DNA from: an uncultured Acidobacteriaceae bacterium
Lineage (GTDB): Bacteria; Acidobacteriota; Terriglobia; Terriglobales; Acidobacteriaceae
Length of the DNA stretch: 64,000 nucleotides
Direction: 5' to 3'
Assembly: GCA_963800745.1 (NCBI GenBank)
Contig: CAWDCI010000034.1
Span: forward strand, 27,250 to 91,249
In this document: positions 19,303 to 30,878 of the stretch, piece after piece
Layout of the letters: each line of letters opens with the position of its first letter
How positions within the stretch are numbered: the first letter of the stretch is position 1
Translations under genes and position numbers: made by a program
Notes under the pieces: generated by a model
Told to the model about the DNA's origin: nothing
Seen by the model: the letters and a program-made list of their open reading frames with translations, nothing else
Databases searched by the model: none

Positions 19303-22300
19303 ATCCCTCGCGTTTATTCATCCTGCGGCCGGTGGCGACTTCGCTGCTGATGGTTGCCATCATGCTGGTCGGCATCGTGGCCTATCGCCAACTGCCGGTT
19401 TCCGCTTTGCCGGAGGTAGACTACCCAACCATTGAAGTTGCCACGTTCTATCCCGGGGCCAACCCGGAGGTGATGGCTTCGTCGGTTACCGCGCCGCTGG
19501 AACGGCAGTTTGGCCAGGTCCCCGGCCTGAGCCAGATGACCTCGACCAGTTCTTTTGGCAGTTCGGTCATCACCCTTCAGTTCGCCCTCGACCAAAGCAT
19601 TGATATCGAAGAACAGCAGGTGCAGGCGGCGATCAATGCATCGCAAACTTACCTGCCTACCGACCTGCCCAATCCTCCGATCTACAGCAAGGTGAATCCG
19701 GCGGATGCGCCCATCCTGACCCTGGCGCTGACCTCCAAAACGCTGCCGCTTTCCAAGGTCGAGGATCTGGCCGACACCACCATGGCGCAGAAGATCTCGC
19801 AAGTGACCGGGGTGGGACTGGTCTCCATCAGCGGAGGCCAGAAGCCGGCGGTGAGAATTCAGGCGAATCCGACCGCCCTGGCTTCCTACGGGCTGAGCCT
19901 GGAAGACGTGCGAACCGCGCTGGCCGCCACCAACGTGGATCAAGCTAAAGGCACGCTGAACGGCCCGCGCCAGGCCTTCACCATCGCAGCCAACGATCAA
20001 CTGCTGAGCGCCGATCAATACCGCCCCATTGTCATCGCGTACCGCAACGGCTCGCCGGTGCGCCTGTCGGACATTGCCGTCATCACCGACGGCATTGAGA
20101 ACACCATGCAAGCCGCCTGGATGAACAGCGATCCGGCGGTGATTTTGAATATTCAGCGGCAGCCCGGCGCCAACATCATCAGCGTGGTGGACCGGATCAA
20201 GAAGTTGCTGCCGGTGCTGCAGACTTCATTGCCCGCGGCGGTGCAAGTTTCGGTGCTGACCGACCGTACGGAAACCATTCGCGCCTCGGTGAAGGATGTT
20301 CAGTTTGAATTGATGCTTACCGTCGCTCTGGTAGTGATGGTCATCTTTCTCTTTCTGCGTAACTTCTACGCCACCATTATTCCCGGGGTGGCGGTGCCGC
20401 TTTCGATTGTGGGAACTTTCGGCGTGATGTATTTGCTGGGCTACAGCCTCAACAATCTCACGCTGATGGCGTTGACCATCTCGACTGGCTTCGTAGTGGA
20501 TGACGCCATTGTCATGATCGAAAACATCGATCGTTTCCTGGAGGAAGGAGATTCCCCGCTCGAAGCCGCGCTCAAAGGAGCCGGGCAGATTGGATTCACC
20601 ATTGTTTCGCTGACGGTTTCGCTGATCGCGGTGCTGATCCCGTTGCTGTTCATGGGAGATATCGTGGGCCGCTTATTCCGCGAATTTGCGGTGACGCTGG
20701 CGGTGACCATTCTGGTTTCGGCCGTAGTCTCACTCACCCTGACACCCATGATGTGCGCCCGCCTGCTCAAACCAAAGGGCGCCAAGCGCAGCCGCTTCTA
20801 CATCGCATCAGAGAGTTTTTATAACCGGGTGATTCAGTTTTATGGCCGCACGCTGAAATTCGTGCTGCAGCACCAGACCATTACTTTGCTGATCACCGCG
20901 GGAACGCTCGTCCTGACGCTGTTTCTGTATGTGGTCGTGCCCAAAGGCTTTTTTCCGGTACAGGATACCGGCGTCATTCTGGGCATCTCGGACGCTCCCG
21001 AAAGCATTTCCTTCGCGGCTCTATCACAACACCAGCAGGCGCTGGGGCGAGTCATCCTGCAGGATCCGGACGTTGCCAGCTTGTCCTCCTTCATTGGGGT
21101 AGACGGCACCAATCTCACGCCCAACAGCGGCCGCATTCAGATCAATCTGAAGCCGCGAAACCAGAGGAAGGATACCGCCTCCGACATCATTCGGCGGTTG
21201 CAGCCTAAATTGGCGCAGGTGGAGGGCATTACGTTGTACATGCAGCCGGTGCAGGATCTTACCGTGGAAGACCGGGTGAGCCGTACCCAGTTTCAATACA
21301 CCCTGGAAGATCCAGACGCGAATGAACTGAACCGGCTGTCCAATCAACTGGTGGACAAGCTGCGCACCTTGCCGGAGCTGCAGGACGTGGCCAGCGATCA
21401 GCAAAACGGCGGGCGGCAGACCGAGGTAACCATTGACCGGGACACCGCTTCCCGCCTGGGAATACCGGTCGCGAATATCGACAACACTCTGGAAGACGCC
21501 TTTGCCCAGCGCCAGGTGTCAACCATCTTCACGCAATTGAACCAGTACCACGTGATTCTCGAAGTGAATCCGCAATGGGAGCAGAATCCCGGGTCGCTCA
21601 AGGATCTGTATGTAAAGTCGGGAAACAACACCCAGGTGCCGCTCTCCACCTTCACCCAGATGAAGACCTCGAACGCAGTTCTGGCGGTGGATCACCAGGG
21701 CCAGTTTCCCGTGGTCACTCTGTCATTTAACCTGGCGCCGGGCAAGTCTCTGGGAGATGCCACCAAAGCCATCAGCGCGGCGGAGAAAGACATTGGAATG
21801 CCGGCCAGCGTGAACACCGCCTTTCAGGGGACGGCGGCGGCATTTCAGAATTCGCTTTCCAGCGAACCGTGGCTGATCGTGGCGGCCATCGTGACCGTGT
21901 ATATCGTGCTGGGAGTTCTGTACGAAAGTTACATCCATCCCATCACCATTCTTTCCACGTTGCCTTCGGCGGGCGTCGGCGCGATTCTAGCTTTGTTAAT
22001 CACCGGCAATGATCTGGGCGTGGTGGGATTGATTGGAATTATTCTCCTGATCGGCATCGTGAAAAAGAACGCCATCATGATGATCGACTTTGCCCTGGAA
22101 GCGGAGCGGGTGGAGAAAAAGCCTCCGGAAGAAGCCATTTTTCAAGCCTGCCTGCTGCGCTTCCGGCCCATCATGATGACGACCATGGCGGCTCTGCTGG
22201 GCGGGTTGCCCCTGGCGCTGGGCTCGGGCACGGGTTCGGAACTACGGCATCCTTTGGGCATCACCATTGTGGGCGGCCTTCTGGTAAGTCAAGCGCTCAC

Positions 22301-22403
22301 CCTGTACACCACACCTGTGGTTTACCTGTGGTTTGACCGGCTGGCCACGCGATTCGAGCGTTTTGGATTCCGCACCGTGGAAGAACCCGCGGCGGGTAAC
22401 TGA
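19299..22403 (+). CDS. mdtB: RND multidrug efflux permease (MdtB-like)
   Basis: The intact 1034 aa ORF has typical AcrB/MdtB motifs ([40 protein letters not shown]). Its start overlaps the mdtA stop. Confidence 0.9.
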   Translation: MNPSRLFILRPVATSLLMVAIMLVGIVAYRQLPVSALPEVDYPTIEVATFYPGANPEVMASSVTAPLERQFGQVPGLSQMTSTSSFGSSVITLQFALDQSIDIEEQQVQAAINASQTYLPTDLPNPPIYSKVNPADAPILTLALTSKTLPLSKVEDLADTTMAQKISQVTGVGLVSISGGQKPAVRIQANPTALASYGLSLEDVRTALAATNVDQAKGTLNGPRQAFTIAANDQLLSADQYRPIVIAYRNGSPVRLSDIAVITDGIENTMQAAWMNSDPAVILNIQRQPGANIISVVDRIKKLLPVLQTSLPAAVQVSVLTDRTETIRASVKDVQFELMLTVALVVMVIFLFLRNFYATIIPGVAVPLSIVGTFGVMYLLGYSLNNLTLMALTISTGFVVDDAIVMIENIDRFLEEGDSPLEAALKGAGQIGFTIVSLTVSLIAVLIPLLFMGDIVGRLFREFAVTLAVTILVSAVVSLTLTPMMCARLLKPKGAKRSRFYIASESFYNRVIQFYGRTLKFVLQHQTITLLITAGTLVLTLFLYVVVPKGFFPVQDTGVILGISDAPESISFAALSQHQQALGRVILQDPDVASLSSFIGVDGTNLTPNSGRIQINLKPRNQRKDTASDIIRRLQPKLAQVEGITLYMQPVQDLTVEDRVSRTQFQYTLEDPDANELNRLSNQLVDKLRTLPELQDVASDQQNGGRQTEVTIDRDTASRLGIPVANIDNTLEDAFAQRQVSTIFTQLNQYHVILEVNPQWEQNPGSLKDLYVKSGNNTQVPLSTFTQMKTSNAVLAVDHQGQFPVVTLSFNLAPGKSLGDATKAISAAEKDIGMPASVNTAFQGTAAAFQNSLSSEPWLIVAAIVTVYIVLGVLYESYIHPITILSTLPSAGVGAILALLITGNDLGVVGLIGIILLIGIVKKNAIMMIDFALEAERVEKKPPEEAIFQACLLRFRPIMMTTMAALLGGLPLALGSGTGSELRHPLGITIVGGLLVSQALTLYTTPVVYLWFDRLATRFERFGFRTVEEPAAGN

Positions 22404-25400
22404 TGAGCGTATCGAGTCCCTTCATACGACGGCCGATTGGAACCTCGCTGCTGACGCTGGCTTTGCTGTTGTCTGGAGCGCTGGCCTTCACTCTTCTTCC
22501 GGTCGCCCCGCTTCCCCAAGTTGACTTCCCGGTAATCCAGGTTGGAGCCGGGCTTCCCGGGGCAAGCCCGGAAACCATGGCGTCGGCGGTGGCGACTCCT
22601 CTGGAGCGGCAATTTGGACGAATCGCCGGCATTAACCAGATGACCTCCACCAGTCAACTGGGTTCCACTGGCATTGTGTTGCAGTTTGACCTCAACCGCA
22701 ACATTGATGCCGCTGGGCGCGATGTACAAGCCGCCATTAACGCGGCACGCAGCCAACTGCCGGCTTATCTCCCCGGCAACCCGACCTACCGGAAAGTAAA
22801 TCCGGCCGATGCCCCGGTTCTGATCCTCGCGCTCACCTCGGACATCATTACCCGCCGTAATATGTACGATTCCGCCAATACGATCCTGGCCCAAAAGCTA
22901 TCGCAAATCTCCGGGGTTGGCCAGGTGTTTGTGGGTGGCGGCGCCAACCCCGCGGTGCGCGCGGAACTCAATCCAAGCCAACTGAACAACTTCGGCATCG
23001 GGATCGATGCCATCCGAACCGTTCTGGGAGCGGCCAACGCCAATCGACCCAAGGGTTCGGTGGCCAACGCGGTCAACGTATGGGCCATTGACGACACCGA
23101 CCAGATCAAAATGGCCGACCAATATCGCCCGCTGGTCGTCGGATACAACCAGAAGAATGGCGCGGCGGTGCGCCTGGGCGATGTTGGCGACGTGGTGGAC
23201 TCGGTGGAAGACGTCCATACCGCCGGGCTCTCGGGAGAGAGTTGTCCGCCGCACTCCGGCTCACAATGCGTGGGCAAGCCCGCGGTCCTGATCATCGTAT
23301 TCCGGCAGCCCGGCGCCAATATTATTGATGCGGTGGACCACGTTTATGCGGTTTTGCCTCAGCTGCAAGCCGCGATTTCTCCCGCCATCAAGCTGAGCGT
23401 GGTGATGGACCGTACGACGACAGTTCGAGCTTCGGTGCATGACATTGAAATCACGCTGCTGCTTTCCATCATTCTGGTGATTCAGGTGGTGTTCGCTTTC
23501 TTGCGTACGGTGCGCGCCACCATCATTCCCAGCATCGCGGTGCCGCTTTCGCTGATTGGGACTTTCGGGGTCATGTACCTGCTGGGCTATAGCCTGGACA
23601 ACCTTTCGTTGATGGCCCTGGCGATTTCGACCGGCTTCGTCGTAGATGACGCCATTGTGGTTCTGGAAAACATCACGCGCTACCTCGAGCAGGGCATGGA
23701 GCCGGTGCAGGCGGCATTCCGAGGGGCGCGGGAGATCGGGTTTACGGTGCTCTCCATGAGCACGTCGCTGGTGGCCGTATTCATCCCGCTCCTGATGATG
23801 GGTGGAATTGTGGGACGCCTGTTCCGCGAATTTGCGGTTACGCTGAGCATTGCCATCGGAGTTTCGCTGCTGGTCTCACTCACCATTACACCCGTAATGT
23901 GCGCTCAGCTTCTCAAGTCTCTCGGCGAGGAAAAACACGGCCGAGCCTACAACTTTGGCCAGCGCATTTTCGACGGCGTTCTCAAGGTCTACCGCATTGG
24001 GCTGGACTGGGTTTTGCGCCATCAACCCGTCATGCTGCTGCTCACCATCGCTACCGCTTGTCTTACGGTTTATTTGTACATCATCGTCCCTAAAGGATTC
24101 TTCCCGCAGCAGGACACCGGGCGCATTTCGGGCGCCGTGCAGGCGGCTCAGGACATTTCGTTTCCCGCCATGAGCGCCAAAATGCAGCAGTACGTGGACA
24201 TCGTGATTAAGGACCCAAACATCCAAACCATCGTGGGATTTGCCGGCGGCAACACGGCGCTCAATCAGGGCCGCATGTTCATTACCCTGAAGCCGCTCGG
24301 AAAAGAGCGCAAATTGACTTCCGATCAAGTCATCGCGGAGTTGCGCCGCAAGCTCGCCGTGGTTCCCGGAGCCACGCTCTACATGCAGTCAGCCCAAGAC
24401 CTGACCATCGGGGGGCGCCAGAGCCAGGCGCAATATCAGTACACTTTGCAGGGTGAAGATCTAGCGGAATTGAATTCCTGGTCGCCACGCTTGCTGCAGA
24501 AAATGCGCACCCTTCCGGAATTGCGCGACGCCAACTCCGACCAGCAGGACAAAGGTCTGCAGGAAAGTATTGTGATCGACCGCGATACTGCCTCCCGGCT
24601 GGGCGTCGCTCCGCAAGACATCGATAATGTGCTCTACGACGCTTTCGGGCAGCGCTTTGTCTCGACTATCTACGAAGCTATTAATCAATACCACGTGGTT
24701 ATGGAAGTTGCCCCGCAATTTCAGCAAAGCCCGGACACGCTGAAGGGTATTTACGTGCGCTCTTCGACGGGCGCCATGGTCCCGCTTTCCGCGTTTAGCC
24801 ATTACGGGCCCTCCAACACGTCCCTGGCGGTGGCTCATCAAGGCGTGTGGCCCTCGGTCACCCTGTCCTTCAATCTTGCGCCTAACGTATCCCTCGGCCA
24901 AGCCACGCAGGTAATCGAAACCGCGGAGCAGTCGATTGGGTTTCCCGCAACGGTTCACGGCAGCTTCCAGGGGACGGCAGCAGCTTTTCAGGAATCTTTA
25001 TCCAACGAACCGGTCTTGATCCTGACCGCCCTGGCTACGGTTTACATCGTGCTCGGGATTTTGTATGAGAGCTTTATTCATCCCATCACCATTCTTTCGA
25101 CGCTGCCCTCAGCGGGCGTGGGCGCGTTGCTGGCGTTGCTGATTACGCACAACGAACTTAATGTGATTGGGCTGATCGGCATTATTTTGCTGATCGGGAT
25201 CGTGAAGAAAAACGCCATCATGATGATTGACTTTGCCCTGCAGGCGGAACGGGAAGAGGGCAAATCGCCGCTCGAAGCCATCCGCGAGGCTTGCCTGCTG
25301 CGCTTCCGGCCCATCATGATGACCACCATGGCCGCTCTGCTCGGCGGGTTGCCACTTGCCCTGGGCACGGGCACCGGCTCGGAACTGCGGCGCCCGCTGG

Positions 25401-25564
25401 GCATGACCATTGTCGGAGGCCTCATTGTCAGCCAAGCGCTGACTTTGTTCACCACTCCGGTGATTTACCTCTATATGGATCGTCTGACTGGGATCAGCCG
25501 GCGGCGGCGAGCCGCGGCGAGAACAACGGCTCCCCTCAAGCCGGAAGGCAGCCAGGCCGATTAG
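22403..25564 (+). CDS. mdtC: RND multidrug efflux permease (MdtC-like)
   Basis: The intact 1053 aa ORF is a paralogue of the upstream permease ([26 protein letters not shown]). Its start overlaps the mdtB stop. Confidence 0.9.
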   Translation: MSVSSPFIRRPIGTSLLTLALLLSGALAFTLLPVAPLPQVDFPVIQVGAGLPGASPETMASAVATPLERQFGRIAGINQMTSTSQLGSTGIVLQFDLNRNIDAAGRDVQAAINAARSQLPAYLPGNPTYRKVNPADAPVLILALTSDIITRRNMYDSANTILAQKLSQISGVGQVFVGGGANPAVRAELNPSQLNNFGIGIDAIRTVLGAANANRPKGSVANAVNVWAIDDTDQIKMADQYRPLVVGYNQKNGAAVRLGDVGDVVDSVEDVHTAGLSGESCPPHSGSQCVGKPAVLIIVFRQPGANIIDAVDHVYAVLPQLQAAISPAIKLSVVMDRTTTVRASVHDIEITLLLSIILVIQVVFAFLRTVRATIIPSIAVPLSLIGTFGVMYLLGYSLDNLSLMALAISTGFVVDDAIVVLENITRYLEQGMEPVQAAFRGAREIGFTVLSMSTSLVAVFIPLLMMGGIVGRLFREFAVTLSIAIGVSLLVSLTITPVMCAQLLKSLGEEKHGRAYNFGQRIFDGVLKVYRIGLDWVLRHQPVMLLLTIATACLTVYLYIIVPKGFFPQQDTGRISGAVQAAQDISFPAMSAKMQQYVDIVIKDPNIQTIVGFAGGNTALNQGRMFITLKPLGKERKLTSDQVIAELRRKLAVVPGATLYMQSAQDLTIGGRQSQAQYQYTLQGEDLAELNSWSPRLLQKMRTLPELRDANSDQQDKGLQESIVIDRDTASRLGVAPQDIDNVLYDAFGQRFVSTIYEAINQYHVVMEVAPQFQQSPDTLKGIYVRSSTGAMVPLSAFSHYGPSNTSLAVAHQGVWPSVTLSFNLAPNVSLGQATQVIETAEQSIGFPATVHGSFQGTAAAFQESLSNEPVLILTALATVYIVLGILYESFIHPITILSTLPSAGVGALLALLITHNELNVIGLIGIILLIGIVKKNAIMMIDFALQAEREEGKSPLEAIREACLLRFRPIMMTTMAALLGGLPLALGTGTGSELRRPLGMTIVGGLIVSQALTLFTTPVIYLYMDRLTGISRRRRAAARTTAPLKPEGSQAD

Positions 25565-25677
25565 AACAGGTGCCATAAATGTTTTTGGGTAACAGTTTTG
25601 GGTAGGGTCCGGCTTCGGCCGGGCCGCCCAGAACCGGACAAGAGCCTCCGGGCTTTAGCCCCTGGGGTAGCGCTCTC

Positions 25678-26568
25678 CTATTTCTGCTCACTGAATGCAC
25701 GCGAATTGAACTCCAGGGCCTCACCCATGTGGGCCACGAAATACATGAGGCTGTGGTCGCCGGGATAGAGATGGTATTCGTGCTTAATCCCTTCCGCCAG
25801 CAGTTGCTGGTGCAGAGCCTCCGCGCCTTTCTCAAAGCCGAACTCATCCTTCTGCCCGCAATTGAAGTAGATAGCCAGCTTGCCCAATCCGGCCGCATGC
25901 TCCTTCGCCAGAACGAAAGGACTATTCTCTCGCCAATGTGCGGTGTCGATCGGATCTCCGAACACCGGCCCCAGCAGACGGCCTACGGCGGTTCCCGAGC
26001 GCATGGCGGCGTTCAACTCCTGCGGCGAGTCGGTCATCAGCGCCGCACTTTGCGCGCTCACGGACGAGAACAGCTCGGGGTGCGCAAATGCCAGGCGCAG
26101 CGCGCCGTATCCGCCCATGGAGACGCCGGTGATTCCTCTATTTTAACGTCCCGGGCGAATGCGATATTGCCGCTCAATGTATGGCATGAACTCCTGCAGA
26201 AAGAAATCGCTATAGCGAGCTTTGCCGTCCGCCGAGTTGACGTAAAAACTGCGCCTGCCCTCGGGCGCGACGATCAGAAAGTCGCCAATCTTCTTCTGCT
26301 GGCGCAGATCTTCGATTAGATTCCATCCCCCGGTGTCAAACAGGGTTCGCTCATCTTCGCCCAGCCCGTGCAGAAAATAGAGCACCGGATAGCGCCGCTG
26401 TTTGGCATCGCTGGCACCGTAGGCGGCGGGCAGCAGCACGCAATAATGCACAGGTTGATTGAGAATGTGACTTTGCAAGAGATTGCAGTCAATGCGGCTC
26501 TGCGCGCGAGCCGCAGGAAACAGCGCGGAAACTAGAATTAGAAGTAGAAGACGCTTGCGCCGAACCAT
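25678..26568 (-). pseudogene. esterase D / putative-esterase family hydrolase with an in-frame TAA
   Basis: ORFs 26143..26568 and 25678..26118 are in the same frame (26568-26118 = 450). The read-through text is ...YRIRPGR*NRGITGVSMGGYGALRLAF, so the stop (26145-26143) lies just upstream of the nucleophile elbow GxSMGG. Confidence 0.7.
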
Positions 26569-26578
26569 GCGAGTCAGT

Positions 26579-27946
26579 TTACTCGTAGCGTAACGCCTGC
26601 ACCGGGTCGAGGCGGGCGGCCCGGGCGGCGGATAGAGTCCCCGAGAGCAAGCTTACGATCACGGCAAACAGAATCGCCCCGCCCACCAACCACCAGGGGA
26701 CCGACCAGATTTGCTCGGACGGAAAGTGTTGTCGCCGGAGATAGATATTCGTGCCCAGATTGATCACGCGTCCGATGATCCAACCAAGCAACACTCCCGC
26801 CGCTCCCCCGAAAATACCCATGACGCCCGCCTCGGCGAAGAAAAGCGTCTTTACGTCCCCATCGCTCGCCCCGATGGCCTTCATAATTCCAATCTCGCGC
26901 CGGCGCTCCAGAATCGCCATGACCAGCGTATTCACAATGCCAATGGAGGCAACGGCCAGCGCCAGACTGCCGAAGATTCCCAGGAAGAGATCGAGCACTG
27001 CGAAGAATTGGCGCACGCTGCGGGTCGCGTCCACAATGGAAAAGGCGTTGAAGCCCATCTTCTTCACCGCGTCCTCGACCGCGGGAACATATTGGGACTT
27101 TCCACACGCACGCTGACCGTGCTGTAGGCAGGCTGATTTCCAGGGGAGATCGTGCTGTCGCGGACGTCGGATTGGGCTGCATCACGTGGAGATCCTGCGC
27201 CAGCCGGAGCGGCAGGAAAACGTGAGCCCGCGCCGCGCCGCGCATGCTGTCGGGATCAAGGTCCGAGACGCCCACGATTCAGGGTCTGCGTCCGCGACAA
27301 CACGGAGTAGGCACCCGGCGCGGCATCTTTTCCGTCTACGGGCGCGGCCACGCGCTGCGCATAGCGCATCACCAGTTCTTGCCCAGCAAGGGCTTCGCCA
27401 GTTCGGCGACGTTCACTGTGTCATCCGGCTCCGGCGTCTTACCCAGCAATTCCTCGGCAAAGGATTTCTGCAAAATCGCTTCGGCCGCATTTTCGGAGGA
27501 GAAAAAGCTGCCCAGCATGCCGTCGAATGCGTCGTTGTTCTTGGCGGAAAACGGCAGCCCGGCCACCATGGTCAGGTGCGGCTTGTCCTGGAAGCGGATT
27601 TCCGTGACGAAGCGGATATCGGGATAAGCTTCCCGGACATTGGGCAGACTCTCGATGGCCTGCGCGCCGAGTCGTCCAACACCGGGCTCTCAGCGGGAGC
27701 CGGGCCCCGCGAATCGTCCTCCCGGCCAAAACCGCGCAGATCACGCCGCGAGCTGACCACTACGGTGTCGAACAGGCCGGATTTTTCCAGACGCCGCGCC
27801 GCCAGTTGCTGCAGGCCGATACCCAGCGATAGCATCGCCACCAGCGACGCTACGCCCACGGAAATCCCCACTGTCGTGAGCGAGTTTCGCAGTATGGATT
27901 CGCGAAGATTGCGCATGGCAAGTTCGGCAAGATCGTAGGCTTTCAC
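26579..27946 (-). pseudogene. FtsX-like ABC transporter permease (MacB/LolE type), multiply frameshifted
   Basis: N-terminus: MKAYDLAELAMRNLRESILRNSLTTVGISVGVASLVAML (ORF 27572..27946, GTG start overlapping the ATPase stop). Middle fragments lie in other frames (ARAHVFLPLRLAQDL; PAYSTVSVRVESP; QYVPAVEDAVKKMGF). The C-terminal FtsX domain is intact in ORF 26579..27067. At least four frame changes are present. Confidence 0.7.
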
Positions 27947-28720
27947 AGTTGCTCTCCGCGGGGCCCAGCGCCTGGGGCTTCAATGCCGGAGGACGCGCCA
28001 TTGCTTTGCTCGCTGATCAGCTTGCCGTCCGCCAAGAAAGATCATGCGCTTTACATAGCGTTCCGCCAGAGCGCGCTCATGCGTGACCATGATGACAGTC
28101 ATCCCCAGCGTCTGGTTGAATTCGCGGATAAAATTCATGATCTCGGTCCCGTTCTTGCTGTCGAGATTGCCGGTGGGCTCATCGGCCAAAAGCAGCTGCG
28201 GCCGGTTGATCAAAGCCCGGGCCAGCGAAGCCCGCTGCTGCTCACCGCCCGAGAGTTCGCTCGGCCGGTGCCCCTGCGCCGCCCAGGCCAACGCGGTCCA
28301 GTGCCTTCCGCGCCAGCCCAGCGCGATCGCCGCGGTCGATTTCCGCGAAGCGCATGGGCAGTTCCACGTTCTCCAGCAAGGTCATGGTCGGGATGAGATT
28401 GAAAGACTGGAAGACCATCCCACGGTATGCAGGCGATGTTTGGCCAAATCCTCGCGCGAAAGCTGCGCAAGATTCTTGCCCTGCACAATCACCGCTCCCG
28501 AAGTCGGCCGGTCCAGCCCGGCAATCAGGTTCAGCAGCGAAGACTTGCCCGAGCCGGAAGACCCAAGCAAGGCAACAAACTCCCCCGAGCGTATTTCGAA
28601 CGACACGCCGTCCACCGCGCGGATAAGGGCGTCGCCCATGCGATAGTGCCGGCACAGGTCTTCGCCGCGCACCGCAATCGACTCGTTCTGGACTAGGGGC
28701 GCGGCAGGCTGGGCCGTCAT
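27943..28720 (-). pseudogene. ABC transporter ATP-binding protein (MacB/LolD type), three frameshifts
   Basis: Walker A (LLGSSGSGKSSLLN) is in ORF 28382..28720. The Q-loop region (MVFQSFNLIPTMTLLENV) is in the frame of ORF 28242..28655. The signature and Walker B (LSGGEQQRASLARALINRPQLLLADEPTGNLD) are in ORF 27980..28291. The expected C-terminus (IFLADGKLISEQ..., stop 27945-27943) needs a further shift near 28029-28033. Confidence 0.75.
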
Positions 28721-28807
28721 AAGAACGGGGGAATCTCCTCTACTGACTTAGAATAACAGCCTGATCCATAATCCGCTTCGTTCAGTTGGGAGATAGATTG
28801 GAGATCT

Positions 28808-28895
28808 TAAACCATTAAGGACACGGAGGTTCACGAAGGAACCAAAGCAAGAAGATTTTCCTTGGTGTTACTTTCGTGTTCTTCGTGGTTATAGG
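28808..28895. repeat. imperfect palindromic intergenic element (ACGAAG-rich family)
   Basis: AACCATTAAGGACACGGAGGTTCACGAAGGAACCAAAG faces CCTTGGTGTTACTTTCGTGTTCTTCGTGGTTAT. A related half-copy lies at 34745-34800. Confidence 0.4.
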
Positions 28896-28935
28896 GTTCT
28901 GATTCCGTTCGCCGCTTCGCGTATAGTATTTGCCC

Positions 28936-30271
28936 ATGTGGAAGTCTGGGCTGTTACTGATGTCTCTACTTCTCCTCCATGTGCGCGGCCGACAAGATGA
29001 CTGCCCCCGCAACTCGTCCAGCTTGCCAAGTCACACGACCCTGGCCTGCACGAGGCAATCACAGCCAGCTTCGGCGAAAAAGATCTCAAGAATGGGACTG
29101 CCTGGGCAGGGCGCGGCTCCGACTTCTTTTTTGTGACGGAAGCAACTTCGCGTCCTGAGCTTTTGATTGATGACTCTGCCGGGCCCCGGATGCAACCGCT
29201 CAAAGCAACGAATCTTTGGTACGCCGCGGCTCGCATCGAGCAGCTAGGCAGGCTGCACGCCTTCCGCTATGTGATCGACGGCCGGGATTTTGGGGGCAGC
29301 CTGGAACATGCCCCGCGTTCGGAGCGCTTTCCTACCTTCAGCCGGGCGTGCCTTCGGGCGCCTTATCCGAAAAGATGATTCATACCAGCAAGCTTTACGA
29401 CGGGATGAAAAGCGAGTATTGGATTTATGTCCCCGCACAGTACGATCCCAACACTCCCGCTGCCCTGATGGTCTTCCAGGATGGAGAAGGTTACACCGAA
29501 CGCAATGGAAACCGGCGAATTCTGAACGTCATCGACAACCTGATCGCTCAGAAAAAGATTCCAGTAATGATTTGCGTATTCATTAATCCCGGAAACATCT
29601 CCGACGCTCCTGGAACTCCGACCTACACCTTCGTAAAGGCCTACGGTGACAAATGGAACCGCACTCTACGAGACTCGATGCGGAGCACGCTGTATGACAC
29701 GGTGAGCGACCGCTATGTTCGCTTCTTGCGCGAGGAGTTTCTGGCCGACGTGCAGGCCAAGTACAACGTCCGCAAAGACACGTACAGCCGCGCCATCACC
29801 GGGCTTTCTTCCGGCGGGATCTGCTCTTTTAATGCGGCCTGGCAAATGCCCGACCAGTTCAGCCGCGTCATCAGCTGGATTGGCAGTTTCGGCGGCATTC
29901 AGTGGAAGGAGGATCCCAATAATCCAGATGGCGGTCAGGACTATCCCGACAAGGTATTGCGGGAACCCAAGCGCGATATTCGCGTCTGGTTGCAGGACGG
30001 GTCCAATGATCTCAACGTCCATTTTGGAAACTGGCCCTTGTTGAACCTCCGTATGGCGAACGCCCTGAAGGCGCGCGACTATGACTTCCATTTCAGTTTC
30101 GGCAAAGGCACGCACAATTCGGGACATGGCGCGGCCGAGTTCCCAGCGGAGATGATCTGGTTATGGCGCGACTACGATCCGGCCAAAACCGAGCAGGTCT
30201 ATGAAATGGAAGCCGACGAAAAAGCCAAGCCGTTATTTCGAGTTTCACTTGCGAATCGCGATGCCAATTGA
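28936..30271 (+). pseudogene. enterochelin-esterase-like hydrolase (N-terminal beta domain plus putative-esterase domain), frameshifted in the N-terminal third
   Basis: The signal peptide (MWKSGLLLMSLLLL) is in one frame. PQLVQLAKSHDPGLHEAITASFGEKDLKNGTAWAGRGSDFFFVTEATSRPELLIDD...HAFRYVIDGRDFGGSL is in a second frame, which opens only after a TGA at 28998-29000. PAFGALSYLQPGVPSGALSEKMIHTSKLYDGMKSEYWIYVP...LSSGGICSFNAAW is in ORF 29216..30271. The catalytic part may still be expressed from ATG 29375. Confidence 0.6.
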
Positions 30272-30296
30272 GGCGCAACTCCGCTAGGATAAAAAC

Positions 30297-30878
30297 ATGA
30301 GCAGCATCTCTACAAAAACCGGCGACAGCGGGCAGACCAGCTTGGCGGGCGGCGGGCGCGTTTCCAAGGCTTCCCTTCGAGTCGAGTCCTACGGCACCGT
30401 GGACGAACTGAACTCCGCCCTAGGGTTTGCCCGGTCTATCTCTGACGACGAGGAAATTGCCAGTCAAACCAAGCTCATCCAGCAGGACCTTTTTAAGCTG
30501 GGCGCGACCCTGGCCACAGCGATGGCAAACCGCAAGGGAGAATCGCCGGTGACCGCGGAAATGGTCGAGACGCTTACCGACAAAGTTCACCAACTGGAAA
30601 CGACTGAGGGAATCGTTTCCGACTGGGCGGTCTCTGGAGAACATCCCGCCGGCGCCGCCTACGATGTGGCGCGCACGATCTGCCGCCGCGCCGAACGCTG
30701 CATTGTCCGATTGAGCGAATCAGGAGAAGCGGTCGAGCCAAACGTTCTCGCCTACCTCAATCGCTTGTCAGACTTACTGTGGCTCTTCGGGCGCAAACTG
30801 GAGGGGGGCGCCGGAGCCCGCAGTTCCCTGCGCGAGATAGGCGTCAAAAGTGGCTCCCGCTGGTCCAAGGCGTGGTAG
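30297..30878 (+). CDS. pduO: ATP:cob(I)alamin adenosyltransferase, PduO type
   Basis: TKTGDSGQTSLAGGGRVSKASLRVESYGTVDELNSALGFARS is the typical PduO-type N-terminus; 193 aa. Confidence 0.85.
   Translation: MSSISTKTGDSGQTSLAGGGRVSKASLRVESYGTVDELNSALGFARSISDDEEIASQTKLIQQDLFKLGATLATAMANRKGESPVTAEMVETLTDKVHQLETTEGIVSDWAVSGEHPAGAAYDVARTICRRAERCIVRLSESGEAVEPNVLAYLNRLSDLLWLFGRKLEGGAGARSSLREIGVKSGSRWSKAW

Noticed and set aside
25590-25640. GGTCCGGC-UUCG-GCCGGGCC hairpin between convergent mdtC and the esterase, considered as a terminator
   Set aside because: It is a stable stem with a tetraloop, but there is no U-tract on either strand, so I cannot support calling it an intrinsic terminator.
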